The notes under the pieces were generated by a model, which saw nothing but the letters and a program-made list of their open reading frames with translations, made no database searches and had not been told where the DNA came from. The translations under genes were made by a program, and so were the position numbers. From positions 1,120,001 to 1,184,000 of the forward strand of contig CAVTRY010000011.1 in NCBI GenBank assembly GCA_963737265.1: a stretch of DNA of 64,000 bases. The letters run 5' to 3'. This stretch comes from an uncultured delta proteobacterium. GTDB taxonomy: Bacteria; Myxococcota_A; Polyangia; Fen-1088. Shown piece by piece: positions 61,664-64,000 of this stretch. Position 1 is the stretch's first letter; each line of letters opens with the position of its first letter.

Positions 61664-62631
61664 ACCGACCCAATGATGGGCATCACGGAAGTGACAGGCA
61701 CCCTGTCACCTTCGCGATGCCCATCTGCTATCTGGACCGCAAACCCATCAGCCTGTTTGCGTGGCAACAGCTCGGGACGGTTACTGCTGCAGTTCGTGTC
61801 CTTCATGGAGCAGCGGAAGGCGCCGTTCATCACCAGCGATCTGGCCCGCGAGTGGGCCATGCTGCCGACCAAGGCCCAGCCCGGGTATTGGGCCAGCCGC
61901 CTCTCGGCGGTTCGGCTCTTTGCGCAGTATCGGCGCGCCACCGATTCTCGCACCGAGGTCCCTGCCCTCGGGCTCCTCCGGGCTCGGTATCAGCGCAAGC
62001 GCCCCTACATATACAGCGAGGACGATATCGCGCGGCTGATGGGTGCGGCGGTACAACTTGCATCACCGACGGGCCTTCGTGCTCAGACCTATGTCACGCT
62101 GCTTGGCCTGCTCACCGTGACCGGCTTGAGGATCAGCGAAGCGATCGCTCTCGACCGCGAGGATGGCGATCTCGAAGGCGGGATCCTGACGATCCGCCAG
62201 ACCAAATTCGGGAAGACCCGGCTGGTGCCCGTTCATAGATCGACATCGCTGGCTCTGCGCCGGTACGCACGTTTCCGAGATGGCGTTCATCCCAGACCAC
62301 GGACGAGTAGCTTCCTGGTCGGCGAGGCAGGTGCCCGGTTGGTGAAGAACACCGCAGAAGACACCTTCGTCCAACTATCTCGCCGAATTGGACTTCGTGG
62401 TCCTGAAGGTCGTCACGGTCATGGTCCGCGTCTGCATGACCTTCGTCATCGGTGGGCCGTGGACACCATGCTGCGCTGGTACCGGGCAGGCCTCGATGTG
62501 GAGCGGCACCTGCCGCAACTGTCGACCTACCTCGGGCACACTCACGTGAGCGACACCTACTGGTACCTGACCGCAGTGCCGGAGTTGATGAGCCTCGCCA
62601 TGTCGCTCCTGGAGCGAGATAGGACGTCGCC

Positions 62632-63597
62632 GTGAGGCCCTCCCCTGAATTCCCTGCGCTGCTCGAGTCCTTCTTCGTGGACCATCTTCTGCGCCAGCGC
62701 CGGGCAAGTCAGCATACGGTGCAGAGTTATCGCGACACTTTCCGCCTGCTGCTAGCCTTCACAAAGCAACACCTGAAGAAGGCTCCCTCGGCGCTCGCAC
62801 TGGACGACCTCGACACGCCAGCGATTAGCGCGTTCCTGGATCACATAGAGAAGGAGCGTGGCAACTCTCCGCGCACGCGAAACGCCAGGCTCGCGGCGAT
62901 CCACTCCTTCTTCCAGTACGCCGCCCTGCAGGCGCCCGACCACAGCGCCGTCATCCAGAGGGTCCTGGCCATACAGGGCAAGAAGTACGATCGCGAGATC
63001 GTCCACTTTCTGTCCCGGCCCGAGATCGACGCGCTCCTCGAAGCTCCCGACAGAGCCACATGGTCCGGCAGGCGCGATCGCGCCCTGCTTCTCGTGGCCG
63101 TGCAGACCGGACTGCGCGTATCCGAGCTGACCGGGCTCCGCGTGCAGGACGTGGTCCTCGGAATCGGTGCGCACGTCCACTGCCTCGGCAAGGGTCGCAA
63201 GGAACGCTGCACGCCTCTGCGCAAAGAGGCCGTCGCTGTCCTCCGGGCGTGGCTGCGCGAACGCTCCGCCACCGCGACCGAGCCCCTCTTCCCCAACGCG
63301 CGGGGCGGTTTCCTCAGTCGCGACGGCGTCGAGTACCTGCTCGCGAAACACGTGCAGACCGCTCGGATCCGTTGCCCATCGCTGAAGGAGAAATGTGTGT
63401 CTCCGCACGTGCTGCGCCACTCGACGGCGATGGATCTCCTTCAAGCCGGTGTCGATAGCTCGGTGATCGCGCTCTGGCTTGGTCACGAGTCGGTCGAGAC
63501 CACGCAGATCTATTTCGCTGCCACGACGCCCTCGGGGACGCGACCCACTCGCTTCCGTCCCGATGACAAGCTCCTCGCCTTCCTACAGAGCCTTTGA
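62632..63597 (+). CDS. RIT recombinase C
   Basis: TGLRVSEL, GKGRKER, HVLRHS, LWLGH, TTQIY; C-terminus may carry a short deletion. Confidence 0.9.
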   Translation: MRPSPEFPALLESFFVDHLLRQRRASQHTVQSYRDTFRLLLAFTKQHLKKAPSALALDDLDTPAISAFLDHIEKERGNSPRTRNARLAAIHSFFQYAALQAPDHSAVIQRVLAIQGKKYDREIVHFLSRPEIDALLEAPDRATWSGRRDRALLLVAVQTGLRVSELTGLRVQDVVLGIGAHVHCLGKGRKERCTPLRKEAVAVLRAWLRERSATATEPLFPNARGGFLSRDGVEYLLAKHVQTARIRCPSLKEKCVSPHVLRHSTAMDLLQAGVDSSVIALWLGHESVETTQIYFAATTPSGTRPTRFRPDDKLLAFLQSL

Positions 63598-63688
63598 TTA
63601 TGCCGAGTCGGGTACTTAAACGAACCCGGAATCCTCGTGATTCCTGCATCCGATGGCGAACAACTCGGCATAACCGGGCACTCGGCAT

Positions 63689-64000
63689 AATGCCTGAAGG
63701 CGCGGATGGTCACACGACGGGTGATGCCGAGCTCGGCCGAGGCGCGGTGGACAGCGCGACGGACGGTGTCGGGGCAGAGCTGCTTGGCCGGGTTTTGCCC
63801 TGGGAACACCAGCGGCCCTGGCGGTTTGGCGAGCCGCCAATAGTCGCGCAGGGATTCGAGCAGCCGCTTCGGCAGCGTGACCAGGCGTGGGCGGTCGCCT
63901 TTGCCGTGGCGTACGTGGATGAGCCCCGTCTTGCCGTCAATGTCACCGCATTCGAGCGCCAGGATCTCCGAGATGCGCAGGCCGGTTCCGTAGGCGGTCA
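63689..64000 (-). pseudogene. Middle part of the tyrosine recombinase gene interrupted by the RIT element (runs off window)
   Basis: AYGTGLRISE...HVRHGKGDRPR...VTIRAFRH joins SFATHLL near 54302. Confidence 0.88.

Larger units (their letters stand above)
58283..61769 (+). mobile_element. Mu/Tn7-like transposon (Zn-finger ORF, DDE transposase, AAA ATPase, small ORF)
   Basis: TGT...ACA termini, 5-bp TSD GCTCG (58278-58282, 61770-61774). Confidence 0.9.
58208..62635 (+). pseudogene. RIT recombinase B interrupted by a transposon (58208-58282 + 61775-62635)
   Basis: Rejoins YLSLRRRLGYKLDRS|GRLLLQF; TGLRISEA, TKFGKTR, HDLRH, LSTYLGH, TYWYL. Confidence 0.9.
54330..63696 (+). mobile_element. RIT (recombinase-in-trio) element carrying two nested insertions
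   Basis: Three overlapping tyrosine recombinase genes; perfect 34-bp IR 54330-54363 / 63663-63696 (outer bases shared with target); repeated TTATGCCGAG boxes. Confidence 0.9.

Overview
High-GC bacterial window, most likely Myxococcota/deltaproteobacterial (inferred from gene content). 1-25.8 kb (minus strand) is the core translation/transcription cluster: tRNA-Thr/Tyr/Gly/Thr-tuf-rpmG-tRNA-Trp-secE-nusG-rplKAJL-rpoBC, then rpsL-rpsG-fusA-tuf and the S10/spc genes to a partial rplF. rplC is absent from its usual position. 25.9-44.6 kb holds housekeeping, signalling and envelope genes (hpt, GATase, an ECF sigma/anti-sigma/caspase module, kinases, tsaE, a porin, an MgtC-family gene, topB) and two copies of a 162-bp five-hairpin repeat. 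45.1-64 kb is a decayed integron (intI remnant, attI, three cassettes) overrun by mobile elements. attC1 is split by an IS110/IS1111-type element and by a group IIC intron. Further right lie an ISL3 and an IS91-like element whose integrase gene is interrupted by a RIT element, itself interrupted by an IS21 and a Mu/Tn7-like transposon. Top finding: the non-coding end of the IS1111-type element appears to encode a bridge RNA with two tandem target-binding loops carrying different attC guides (one matches its own insertion site exactly) plus one donor-binding loop. The neighbouring intron has an EBS1 suited to top-strand attC insertion. Six +1 frameshifts all sit next to TCGA and are probably sequencing errors. 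All calls come from reading the sequence by eye; no searches were run.
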